Source of the DNA: Podarcis muralis
Lineage: Eukaryota
Length of the DNA: 64,000 bases
Reading direction: 5' to 3'
Assembly (NCBI RefSeq): GCF_964188315.1
Contig: NC_135660.1
Location: 66,588,001-66,652,000 of the forward strand
Shown here piece after piece: positions 63,607 to 64,000 of this stretch (position 1 is the first letter of the stretch; each line of letters begins with the position of its first letter). The translations under genes were made by a program, and so were the position numbers. The notes beneath the pieces were generated by a model that was not told the DNA's origin, made no database searches, and saw only the letters and a list, made by a program, of their open reading frames with translations.

Positions 63607-64000
63607 CTTCAGAAGAACAACAGAGAAAAAGTGACATGTTACAGATTGCAATGGCTTCTTTTTTTTATTAGGAATTTTTAAAAAAACAAAAACAAAGAAC
63701 AAATCCTGAGTCGTGATGGGCAACACATTTTAAATGCTAATCAACTCATTCATAACAATTAAACATTTGACAGCTTTAACTCTAGATCAACTGATTGTAT
63801 GTGTTTGTCCCCCTCTAGAGAGTGTCTGCATTTTGGCTTCATGGAGAGTGTGCTCTCATAAGCATGGTAATTGCTTATTGGAATTTCAGGAAATTAGAGT
63901 ATTTGCATACTTAAGCTTTAATCAACAATGACTGACAGAACGAGAGGTAATAAAGAGGTTTTCGGCGGGCAGTAAATTCTCCAGCTAATTTTCAAAATAA

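Overview
Vertebrate genomic DNA, most likely a squamate (probably a lacertid lizard, inferred from the Sauria-type SINEs, BovB and the Tigger/hAT MITE set). The window lies inside a protocadherin-15 (PCDH15) gene on the minus strand. Ten coding exons (80, 94, 129, 306, 225, 117, 141, 113, 110 and 141 bp; 1456 bp total) splice in frame and encode roughly EC6 to EC10. From memory these match human exons 16-25, and the last exon ends at a GC donor. The introns hold many transposon copies. The main discovery is a 1534-bp non-autonomous hAT element (43458-44991) with 13-bp TIRs and a perfect 8-bp TSD. It carries a CpG-rich piece of genomic DNA from another locus: intact PPAT coding exon 1 with its Kozak, splice donor and intron-1 start, plus upstream sequence that should be the PPAT/PAICS bidirectional promoter. 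This looks like a vertebrate Pack-TE (transduplication) inside a PCDH15 intron, 1.7 kb upstream of a PCDH15 acceptor and in the same orientation. The second highlight is a young 5'-truncated Penelope element (33470-35117) with an inverted pseudo-LTR, a GIY-YIG endonuclease and a minimal hammerhead ribozyme motif in each arm. Family and gene names come from recognising the sequences; no database searches were run.
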